64,000 nt of DNA from Hemiscyllium ocellatum (Eukaryota): the NCBI RefSeq assembly GCF_020745735.1, contig NC_083412.1, positions 58,432,320 through 58,496,319 of the forward strand, given 5' to 3'. The notes beneath the pieces were generated by a model. The model saw only the letters and a list, made by a program, of their open reading frames with translations, was not told where the DNA came from and did not search any database. Both the position numbers and the translations under genes were made by a program. Positions 13,101 through 25,100 of this stretch are shown here, in pieces (the first letter of the stretch is position 1; the number at the start of each line of letters is the position of its first letter).

Positions 13101-16100
13101 CAAACAAGGACTTTGAGATGAATGACATTATTCTGGTCAATCACATCACTACCATGGCTCTATAATGAATACATCCTCCATTCTTTCATTCCACAGCTTC
13201 TGCATTCAAGATCTGTATTTAAACTTCCCTTGCTGTCTCTTTTCAAAATACAATTACTTTCTATGCCCATGTACTTACCCCTTCTTGGAAACTTGTGACC
13301 CATAGTATGGCCAACTTCTGAAGTGTGCCATCTCTACAGCCTGCTATTCTCCTGTGGCCTTGATAATAAGCAAGAAAATAATTGAAAATAATCACTTATT
13401 TGTATCTGTCATCACACATATTCCCTTATAAGTTTATTTCTTCTTTGATCCACATCTGAAAGTGGAAAATCTTCCTTCAAGTAACTTACAACAGTGGCTT
13501 CAAACCCCTCAATTTTGTCCCCAATTTTTAATAATTCCTGCGTAGTTACCAATCTGATTAATCTCCCGCTGACCTCCATCTTTGCTGCCCTTACCTCAGC
13601 AGAACCTTTACATACTCTCTCATGAGAGTATGAGACAACACCAGATTGTCGATGTACACAATTAGATATCCCCAAAATAACATTATCACCAAGCCTGACT
13701 CCACCCTCCCCACACTTTAATATTTGCTTACTTTCGAAGTTATCACCCCTTATACCCCCTCCAAGATGATCATGTCTTCGTGCTTTCCAGGGCCGTTCGT
13801 GTTAAATTGTGAACCACCCAGTTTCATTTTCTTGGCCCTATGTTAAAGAACATTGTCCTCTCCCTTTGAAATGACCAATAGCCCCTTGCTTCATCAAAAA
13901 ACACCTTGCTCTTTCTGTTTTTGGAAACTACTATTTCACTATTTCACTCTCCCTTTCCTCCAAAGGATTCATGAATATGTTGTCACTTCTCAAATTTGGG
14001 CTTTTTTATCACATTACTTCATGTTCCAGTCTTATTCAATCAACTCTCAGATCCTATCACAACCCCAAATAATCCTTAGAATGGAATTGATCTGTGACTG
14101 TACCCATGGTGTATTATTTCCCGTCATCAACTTCTTCCTATTTATAGGCGTCGATAGATCAACCTTACAATCCTATCCATTATGGGACCAATGCTGAAGA
14201 AGCTGCAGTGTCCCCAGTTAAATATTTGGAAGACTGAAAGCATAGTGCTCAAACCCTCTGACTAATCTTTGCAATGGATTTAATTCAATCTATCATCTCA
14301 GGTTGATCCGGATCATTTGTAGCACTAGCATGGTCATTGAATCATAGAATCCCGACATAGCATCATAGAGATGTATAGCATGGAAATAGACCCTTTGTTC
14401 CAACCCATCCATGCTCACCAGATATCCCAACCCAATCTAATCCCACCTGCCAGCATCTGGCCCATATTCCTCCAAACCCTTCCTATTCATATACCTAGAG
14501 CTGAAAATGTGTTGCTGGAAAAGCGCACCAGGTCAGGCAGCATCCAAGGAGCAGGAGAATCGATGTTTCGGGCATGAGCTCTTCTTCAGGAATGGAAAAT
14601 CGACGTTTCAGACATGAGCCCTCCTGAAGAAGGGCTCATGCCCGAAACGTCGATTCTCCTGCTCCTTGGATGCTGCCTGACCTGCTGCGCTTTTCCAGCA
14701 ACACATTTTCAGTTGTGATCTCCAGCATCTGCAGTCCTCACTTTCTCCTATTCATATACATATCCAAAAGCCTCTTTAATGTTGCAATTGTACCAGCCTC
14801 CACCACATCCTCTGACAGCACATTCCATACACGTACCATCCTCTGCATGAAAAAGTTGCCCTTTAGGTCTCTTTTATGTCTTTCCCCCTCACCCTAAACC
14901 TATGCCCTCTAGTTCTGGACTCCTGACCCCAGGGAACAGACTTTGTCTATTTTTCCTATCCATGCCCCTTATAATTTTTTAAACCTCTATAAGGTCACCC
15001 GTCAGCCTCCGACGCTCCAGGGAAAACAGCCCCAGCCTGTTCAGCCTCTCCCTCCAGCTCAGATCCTCCAACCCTGGCAACATCCTGTAAACCTTTTCTG
15101 AACCCTTTCAAGTTTCACAACATCTTTCCGATAGGAAGGAGACCAGAATTGCACGCAATATTCCAATAGTGGCTTAGCCAATGTCCTGTACAGCCGCAAC
15201 ATGACCTCCCAACTCCTGTACTCAATACTCTGACCGATAAAGGAAAGCATACCAAACCCCTTCTTCACTATCCTATCTATCTGCGACTCCACTTTCAAGG
15301 AGCTATGAACCTGCACTCCAAGGTCTCTTTGTTCAGCAACACTCCCTAGGACCTTACCATTAAGTGTATAAGTCCTGCTAAGATTTGCTTTTCCAAAATG
15401 CAGCACGTCGCATTTATCTGAATTAAATTCCATCTGCCACTTCTTAGCCCATTGGCCCATCTAGTCCAGATCCTGTTGTAATCTAAGGTAACCCTCTTCG
15501 CTGTCCACTACACCTCCAATTTTGGTGTCATCTGAAAACTTACTAACTGTACCTCTTATGCTCGCATCCAAATCATTTATGTAAATGACAAACGTATAGG
15601 ACACAACACTGATCCTTGTGGCACTCCACTGGTCATAGGCCTCCAGTCTGAAAAACAACCCTCCAACACCACCCTCTGTCTTCTACCTTTGAGCCAGTTC
15701 TGTATCCAAAAGGCTAGTTCTCCCTGTATTCCATGAGATCTAACCTTGCTAATCAGTCTCCCATGGGGAACCCTGTTGAATGCCTTACTGAAGTCCATAT
15801 AGATCACATCTACCACCCTGCCCTCATCAATCTTCTTCGTTACTTCTTCAAAAAACTTAATCAAGTTTGTGAGACATGATTTCCCTCGCACAAAGCCATG
15901 TTGACTATCCCGAATCAGACCTTGCCTTTCCAAATACAGCGAGTCGTGAGTTCATGGAATGCCCTGCCAGTAGCAGTGGTGAACTCTCCCTCTTTATAGG
16001 CATTTAAACGGGCATTGGATAGACATATGGAGGATAGAGGGCTAGTGTATGTTATATGGGCTTGGATCGGCGCAACATCGAGGGCCAAAGGGCCTGTACT

Positions 16101-19100
16101 GCACTGTATTTTTCTATGTTCTATGTACATCCTATCCCTCAGAATTCTCTTGTCCTGCCAGACGTACAATTTTCAATTGAATGGCTGCAATGATAAGCTC
16201 CATCAAAACAGTCTGGAATTTTTGTTTTTAATTTTTTTCTAAAATTTTAAAGGGTTATGATCAGTATATACTGATTGTCTCAGACACATTACTGGCAATA
16301 TAAATATTTAAATGTTGCGATACCAACGCCAAGCTGAAGGTTTCCTTCTCGATCGTGGAATATTTCTATTGATGACTATTCAATTTTCTGCCAAAGTATC
16401 CAAAAGGTCTTTCTATCTTTTCATTATCTTCTTGAAAGTGCACAGCACCAACACCCACATCAGTCACATTGACAGCCACCTTGAATAGTTTGTGAATTAG
16501 GTGTGGCCAACAACTTTCAAGCTGTCAAATGGCTTCTGACATTCTTTGGCCCATGGAAATGTTTTTCACTTCAATAAGTCAGCCAGTGGAGCAACTACAC
16601 TGCTAAAATTTGGTATGAGTTTCCGATAAAAACAATAAAAGCTCTTCCTTCTTCCTCAATGGTATGGGAAACTCCCAATAACCTAAGTTTTCACATCACT
16701 TGGGGCCAAATTTCCATGTCCAATAATATCACCTAGGAATGTGACTTGAGCTTTTGTGAATTCACTCTTAGCCAGATTTATCACCAAGCCTGACTCCTGA
16801 AGTTGATCAAATAATCCTGCTAGATACCCCAAATATTCCTTCAATGTGCAACTAAAAATCACCAGATTGTCGATGTACACAACACAGTTCCAAAATGACT
16901 TTATTGTGGTTGAAATGTGGTTGGCACTTTTTCATATGAAATGGCATGACTTTAAACTGGTACAATCCATTCAGTATTAAGAAAGCCAAAATACCCTTCA
17001 CTCTTTCGGATAAAGGTACTTGCCAGTATCCCCTGAGTAAGTCCAACTTTGAAATATCAGTTGCTGGTCCCATCTTTTCAATACTTCCAAATTTGGAATA
17101 GGAAATGAATCAGATTTTGTAATTGCATTGACTTTGCAATAATCCTCATATAATTGTTGGGTACCATCTCGTTTTGTCACCATTATGAGAAGTGAACTCC
17201 ATTTTTTGCAACTCATTTTCATTACATTGTCTTTGAGTATGTGTTCAATCTCTTTTTGAATCTGCGCTAACTTTAAAAGGTTAAGTCTATAAGGATGTTG
17301 CTTAATTGGATGATTATTCCCTATATCTACATCATGCATAATTAGATTAGTACTTCCCAACTTATTCCCACATATCTCCCCATGTGATTGTAATAATTCT
17401 TTCAGGTCATGTCGATTTTTCTCTGGAAGGTAACTCAATAATTTATCCTAATTTTAAAACTTCTTTATTGTCCAATTTAATTTGAGGAATGTCCAAGTCA
17501 GAAACACCTGAACTTGGTTCTTCCCTCTGTGTTGTAACCAAAACACATTCTCCTTTGCTTTCCTTCCCCATCAAAAACCTTTTCAGCAAATCCACTTGAT
17601 ATACTCTGTGAGATTTCTTTCTACCTGGCATTCTTATTAAATAGTTCACCTCACTCAATTTCCTTTCAATTTGATAAGGCCCACTAAACCTTGCCTTTGG
17701 AGGTTCACTAACACTTTAACCTCTCTAGTGAAATTGCGAATTTGATTTCTTATCTGCTTCCAGTTTTATCACATGCTGTGCTACATTTAAATTCTGTCTA
17801 GCTAACTCACTTACTCTATTTAATCTTTCCTTAAATTTTGACACATAATCCAAATATGACTGAACTTTGACACATCAATTTTTCCCAAATTAATTTCATT
17901 GGCCCTCTCACCTCACGCCCAAAAACTAATTCAATTGGAGTGAATTTAGTAGATTCATTAGGTGCATCCCTAATTTCAAATGGTATAAATGGAATTCCTT
18001 TATCCCAATTCTCTTGTTAGCCTTGACTATAGTCCCTTAAAATGATTTTAAAAAAATTGATGCCACCAATCTAACATTCTCTGCGATTCAGGATGGTACA
18101 GAATGGATTTTAATTGTTTTATTCCTGTACATAACTTCCTTGAATAACTTTAATGTAAATTGTAATGCTTGATCTGATTGTATTTCTGTGGGTAATCTGT
18201 ATTGAGTAAAAAAAGTGTGTAACCCTTCTACACTTGTTTTCTCAACTGATCAAATATAGTTCCTGATAATTGAACTTCAGCTTCCCTACTTTTGATTTCT
18301 CTTCCTGCTTCAACCTGTAGCTTTGTGACCTTGTTACCACACAATGAGGAAATATCCAGGATATACTTCCGTTAACATTTCAGTTCCACTGGCCTTTCAA
18401 CCACTATAGGTATTACTCCAACCTGTAAACCAGTTGTGTCATTACCAAGGATAAACTGTATTCCAGGAACTGAGAATTTTTCTATTACACCTACCACCAT
18501 TTCTCCGCTTTTCACCAGACTCTTCAACCTCACTTTATGTAATGGAACATGACTCTTCTCACCATGGATTCCACGTATTACTACATTTGCTGGCAATAGT
18601 CCTTCTGAATTACATATCTTCTCATTTCTCACCATCAAAGATTGATTTGCTCCCATATCTCTTAAAATTTTATTTTCTTTACCTGCTCCTCACAAATAAA
18701 TCTTGACCTTACAAATAAATTCTTTAAAGAAATCTGGCACTTTCTTCTCAACCAACCTCTGACCAGGTTATGCATTCTTTTGAAGCTTTTCTAGTTTCCA
18801 CTGTGCTTCCCTTTACCACTTCAACAAAACCCACTGGCTTATCCTGTTTTCCTATACCCATCTTCCCAGTGTTTTTGCTAAACCACCAACACGCCGACTT
18901 CATGTAGCCTACTTTATTACAATGAAAACACCTGACCTTTTTTATTTCTCTTTCCCCTCATGGGTTTCTTTTTACTATCTTCAGTGAGCTCTCCTCTTCC
19001 CTTACCATCTGAGGATTAGATTTTCCCCAATTTCTCTGCCTCACAGATTGAAATTGTTGTTGGAAGCCAAACTTCTCATTTATGCACCAACTTATAGTCA

Positions 19101-22100
19101 TCTGCCATTTCCAATCCTAATGTTGCAGTCTTAACTCTCTGCTCTTCTACATGAGTTCTCATTAAGTCAGGCAGTGAATTTTTGAACTCCTCCAAAGTTC
19201 AAATATTTGGTGGATTTTTGACACACTTAGAAAATGTTTTATCTATTTTCAATGCCTTCATCGACCTATTAAAATTATTTTGTTTGACCCTTTCAAACTT
19301 GATGTTTGTTTGAGCAGGTTCCCTCCTTAGATTCCCAAGGTTTTGGGTACTAGCTCATATGCACTTAAGATTTTTTTTTTCACCTCAACAAACTCCCCAG
19401 ATACATCACCTGATAGTGAAGCAAATACCTCATTAGTTTTACCTATCAGCTGTGTTTGGATTAACAATACCCACGCGGTTAGCAGCCATTTCATTTGTTT
19501 AGCCACTTTCTCAAATGAAATTAAAAAGGCTTCTATATCCATCTCGTTGAATATAGGCAATCCTTGGACATATTTAAACAAATTCCCACCAGTCCTCTGG
19601 CTACAAAGGGACAACTATCCATCATTGTCTTCATCACTACTCCTACTTTCTACCTCAAACTCCACCATTCTAAGTTGACTTTGAATTTTCATTTCCAACC
19701 TCTGAAGTTCCAACTCTCTCTCTCTCTTTCTCCCTTTCTCTCTTTGTTCTCTGTCTTTCTCCTTCTCGGGTCTTCTTTTTATTTTCGTTTTCTTTTGCTT
19801 TTAATTATAATTCTAACTGTCTCATTTCCTTTTCATGTTTAAGCTGCTTCATTTCCTTTTACATTTAGCCATTTCCAAAGATTCTGTTGGCATTCCTGGT
19901 AATTGTAAATGCTGCGCAATTACCACAATAATCTTCTCTTTCCTCACAGACACAGGCAACCCCCAACTCCAGTTTGTCTGTCAATTCCAAAAACTTTCCT
20001 TTGCTCACTTTCTGTAAAACTCAAAGTGACTTCTTCCACCCCCAGGAAACTCTTAGTGACTGTAAGAGCCATTATTACTCACTGTATGTGCTAGTTAAAT
20101 TCAACACGCAAAATAAAGACACTAGAATCATAGAGGTAACTCTATAGAAATGACAGCATGGAAACAGGCCCGTCGGTCCAACTCGTCCATGCCGACTAGA
20201 TATCCCACCCCAATCTAGTCCCACCTGCCAGCACCTGACCCATATCCCTCTCAATCCTTCCTATTCATTTACCCATCCAGATGCCTTTTAAATGTTGCAA
20301 TTGTACCAGCCTCCACCACTTCCTCTGGCAACCCAAATTGACACATGCACCACCCTTTGCATGAAAAAGTTGCTCCTTAGCTCTCTTTTATATCTTTCCC
20401 GTCTCACTCTAAACCTATGCCCTCTAGTTCTGGACTCCTTGACCCCAGGGAAAAGACCTTGTTTATTTACCCTCTCCATGCCCCTCATGATTTTATAAAC
20501 CTCTATAAGGTCACCTCTCAGCCTCTAATGTTCCAGGGAAAACAGTCCTAGCCTATTCAGCCTCTCCCTATAGCTCAAATACTCCACCCCTGGCAACATC
20601 CTTCTAAATCTTTTCTGAACCCTTTCAAGTTTCACAACATCCTTCCGATATGAAGGAGACCAAAATTGCACACAATATTCCAAAAGTGGTCTAACCAATG
20701 TCCTGTACAGCTGCAACATGACATCCCAACTGGCACTTTTAAAAGGGAGAGGAACAGACAAAGGCAGCACATGGTCTGTGCAGGACAGAGAGAGAGACAG
20801 AAAGAGAGAAAAAAAAACTCATACTGCTAACTGACACATCAATGAGCCTGTTATTGCCTTTGCTGTTGAATTCATGTATCACTAGACATCGGAGTGCATC
20901 TAATTAACAAAATTAACAAAACACTAACACTTACCATTCATTGCCTTTGAGCTCAATTATTCTAAACCCAACCTGAAATTAGAGATTTGATCCTGGAGAA
21001 GTCCCCAGTTTGTTCTGGACCAGACCAAACCCCACTCAAAACATATTAAGAAGGTAGCCTAGACCTAACATCTTTTCATTTTGAAAGCAAAGTGCCAGGC
21101 ATTGTGTTTGAGATGCAATTTGATTGGTCAAGCTACCAGATATGAAGCAAAGTGCACTTTATTTATACATTATAGTTAAAATATGATAAAAGAAAGAAGA
21201 AATTGGAATAACTTAACAAAATAATAGATTATTAACTCCTGCTAATTAACCGTTCCAATATAGTAACATCCCATAAACGTACCCATGGCAAAAGGCAAGT
21301 TCAAAAAAATAGATTGTCTCACAGACAATTCTCCAGTCCAGGAGGAAAACATCAAGAGACAATTTTGAGAGAGAGCGAGAGAGTAGCAGGGACTGATGTT
21401 TTACAGCTTTCGCCCAGCTTTAATACCAGCAACAACTTCAACTGAAAACTAAAAACTAAAACTTCTGAATCTGTGCTGCTTCTATTGTTCCAACTTTTAA
21501 AACAAAAACCCAAACCTCATAAACTGTTTACTCGAGTGGCTCTGAGTAGACTACTTGCTACTTTTGCCTAAAAACGTCTCTTCAAAACAGAGCAGGGCAA
21601 AATATATCTTCGAAAGGCATTTTATCAGCACCGCACAATCGCTCCAGGGTGGAACTCAGAGCCCTGACACTGTGGGACAGCAGTGCTAACCACTGAGTTC
21701 ACTGACCCACTCTTATCTGGTTCCAACCTGATCTTCTGACCCCAGATCACATTTTTCTACTTCCACACGATTGCTTCCTCCACTCTTATAATAACTTAAT
21801 TAATGCTGAAACTTCCATCCTTGTCTTTGTCACCTCAATGGTTCCAATTCTTTTATATTGTGCATCCAGGTCTTCCACTCTTAGTAACTTTGCTCACCTA
21901 AAACATTGCTTTCTATACCTTTTCCTGGCCCTCTGTGATTGCGCACTTACAATGGTCCCTGGTTGCCCACCAACTGTATTTTATGTTTCCCATTCTTCTG
22001 AGTACATCCCTGTATGTCCTTGTTCATGCCTGTTTACATAAATTACTACAATTATCTCATACTACATGGTGTTTTGTTCCTCTGACACTGGTTTTTTTAT

Positions 22101-25100
22101 AGACTGATACATCCCAATCACCCACCATTGATATCAATGCCTTCCATTGCCTGATTCCCTCAGCAATTCTATTTCCCTATTCTTTAAATTTCTCTTTAAA
22201 ACACACCAACGTTTTTGACAACATGTTGGTTTCTTATTCCTTCGTTAACCGTATCTTTGTTCTATCAACAGTTCCATAGCCTAGTGCCAATTTCCTGTCT
22301 GTTTCCATTATCCTTGCATACTATTTCTACCCTAATTATTATCCAATGGCTTCTTTAATGCTTTAATTGAACCTGCCTCCACCACATTTCTGGGCAGTGC
22401 ATTCCACTTCCTGTGAAAAAGATTTCTCTTGCATCACCCTTGCTTCATTTACACATTACTTTATATCTATGCCCTGAAATTCCGTTTCATTTTTACTCCA
22501 GTCCGATAATTCCTTTCAGTGATGTAATAATTCCACTCTGTGCATCCTCCAAAATATTTTCACTTCCCCAATTCTGATCTCCTTTGAGGGCTATGCACTC
22601 TCAAAGTCTCGAATTCTCTCTTGTCCTATACAACTCCCCTCCAAACCGATCTGACTGACTAATCATCTAAACTAGTCTTGATTTACGTGGCTCAGTGTCA
22701 GTTTTTATTGAGGAACATTCCTGTGAGAAGTGTTCAGATTATACTGCATTAAACTAGTTACATAAGTGTTATTATCATTGTTCCTGTTGCAGGTTACTTG
22801 TTTAATATGACAACTTCTTTATTTCTTTCAGAAAGTGTCTCAAAGCCAGTTTTGAATTTTAAATGTATCTCTCAAAAAGCCAATATAACCTGTGAAGTGG
22901 AGACCGGAACTAATTTCACTATGAGCTTAGTTGGCGGTTCACTGACAGCAAGGACACACAGTCATCAATATCTGAATGTGAACAAAATCTTGGGAATGAA
23001 TGAAAATGTGGAATTTGTTTGTACTGTTAGCAACAACATTAGCAGCGCCAATACTTCAAGAGTGATTGAGTGCTCAGGTAAACATGGCTTAATAACTTAG
23101 AGTGATTATAGGCTTTCTCTTGCAATGGTCTTTATAATTATTTTCTGATGATGGGAAACTGAGAAAACTTGTTTCTCTGCTTTCAACTGCAACTGATTAA
23201 TGCAGAATTGAATTAAAGTGGAATGGTTCCTGATCAGATAAAATTAATTTCACAAACTTCCAAATAAGTAACTCTAGGTTTTATAGAAAATGTGATAGGG
23301 TCTGACATCAGATTGAGTGAATCTTGTTAATTCTACATTAAGTTGGCCAGAAACTCTTAATCAATCAATTAGAATAAATTTTCAACTTAATGACAGCTGT
23401 TTAAACAAAAGACCTTTCTCTTTTTTTCTGTTGATATGCTTGCCACCACTGTCTCAAGTCAGTTAAGAACTGGCAACAAACATTGATTCTCCCAAATTCC
23501 TCTAACTGAACTAAAAGCTGACATCAAGTATGAAAAATCAGCCAAAATTCCACTTGAAATCTTGAGTTAAATAACCTGTTGCCAGTGAAGAAGTTTGTCA
23601 TTTTCACACTGGCATTCGGATGTAATCACCTTGAGGAAACAATGTTAGTTTACATCAATTTAATATCAAAATTCAAAGTATAATGTTATAAGTTGATCTT
23701 ATTTTTTCAGTTTCTCCTTGCATTGTCTTACACATTCCCTGATCCTGATTGAGAGGACATGGCCATTCCCTTTGATGAACTTGGGTATATTTTCAGATTC
23801 TCTCATCACTCACACTGAATTTGGCAGTTGCCTACTGAAATAACACCAGAGATGCCGGTATCCCATCACCAATCCGCCCTTTATTTACATGTGGAGAGTC
23901 CTTGACACTGATCCAGCTTCCTCAGAACCAGCTCTCAGATGAGCAGAAGCTTTGACACATTTGTTTATATCTGTCTACCAGAGCTCACTGATTACACCAG
24001 ATTACAAGCCCCAATCAGGGAACTCATGTTCTATGAGGTCCACATGAGTGACCTCATTGCAATCATTACACCTATCATAATTATCTGGCCCAGGTCTCTT
24101 TTGAGTTTGGCAGGTGAACTTCCAATGCCATCCTTGATACACCTTGCTGCTGTACCAGCTCAGAGGTGTTGAGCTGCATTTATCAAGATCTCCAGGTGGA
24201 TATGGTGAATGGTGGGGCATGATTCCAAAGACACGTGAGGATGGCTCTGTTGTAATTTGTTGAAGTCAGAAGGAGAACCTTCTGGCTCTACATAAAAGAT
24301 GCTCCTCATGAGAGTCTGCATGTGCCCCTAAATTTGTAACTCTCATTCTAATTATCTCACCAAGATTCTGATTCGCATGGGAAACTGTCTATCAATTATA
24401 TCAGGCAGGTGTGCTCGAACCCAGTAGTGGAGTCTTTAATAAACTTATTGTTGGGTGAACTGGAAGTTGTTTTAAGCCCTTTATTGTTTTGTTAAAGCTG
24501 ATTAGAATTCAAAGATTAAGCCAATCATACATTTTAATTTTTACAACAATAATTATTTCCATAGATATTTGTATATCACCAAAATAAAATGTTTTAGTAT
24601 CATTTTATGTTATAATCTTAATGCAATTACCATATTATATTTCTGACATGGGATGTGTACTCTTACATTTTACTGCATGCCTGTAAGGATATTATTCATA
24701 TTTCCATTATTCCTTTTTATTTACAGAAACAGAGGCCAAATCCATTGTTAATTATTTTTTAATGATACTAGCAGGAGGAATATCTGTGGCAATTATCTTT
24801 ATAATCCTCATGATTTATTGCATTCTAAGATGTTGTCGACGGAAAAGGGAAAGTGGTAAGTAATTTTATAAGTCTGTAAGACACATTAATTGTCAACAAA
24901 ATATTGACTGACTTCTTCAACCAACCACGAATGCCCCAATAAATGTTGTAATTAAAAAGAAATGACCTTGAAGATTACATGTCATCTTCTAGGGAATGGG
25001 TTAATATGGACTTTAAGATAAACTCTACGTAGAGAAATCCTGTGTTTAGATCAGAGTGGTGCCATAGAGAAGTCCTGTATCTATCGTCACAACCAAGACT

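Larger units (their letters stand above)
14340..15937 (-). mobile_element. 5'-truncated CR1 LINE (HER1-like) with RT fragments
   Basis: ORFs 15059-15933 (QHGF..GKSCLTNL, YMDFSKAF, GVPQGS, FSDDTK); 3' tail near 14340. Confidence 0.93.
16135..21636 (-). mobile_element. Degenerate Gmr1-type Ty3/Gypsy LTR retrotransposon (gag-PR-IN-RT-RH); 3' LTR absent
   Basis: Minus strand: gag FLISFEKVAKQMKW (about 19600), IN QSDQ..YHPESQ..FGREVRGP..GPYQI (about 18200-17640), RT KQHPYR..LDLLRGYWQVP..YIDNL (17400-16700), RH YSTIEKE..DHNP (16400-16240). Confidence 0.9.
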
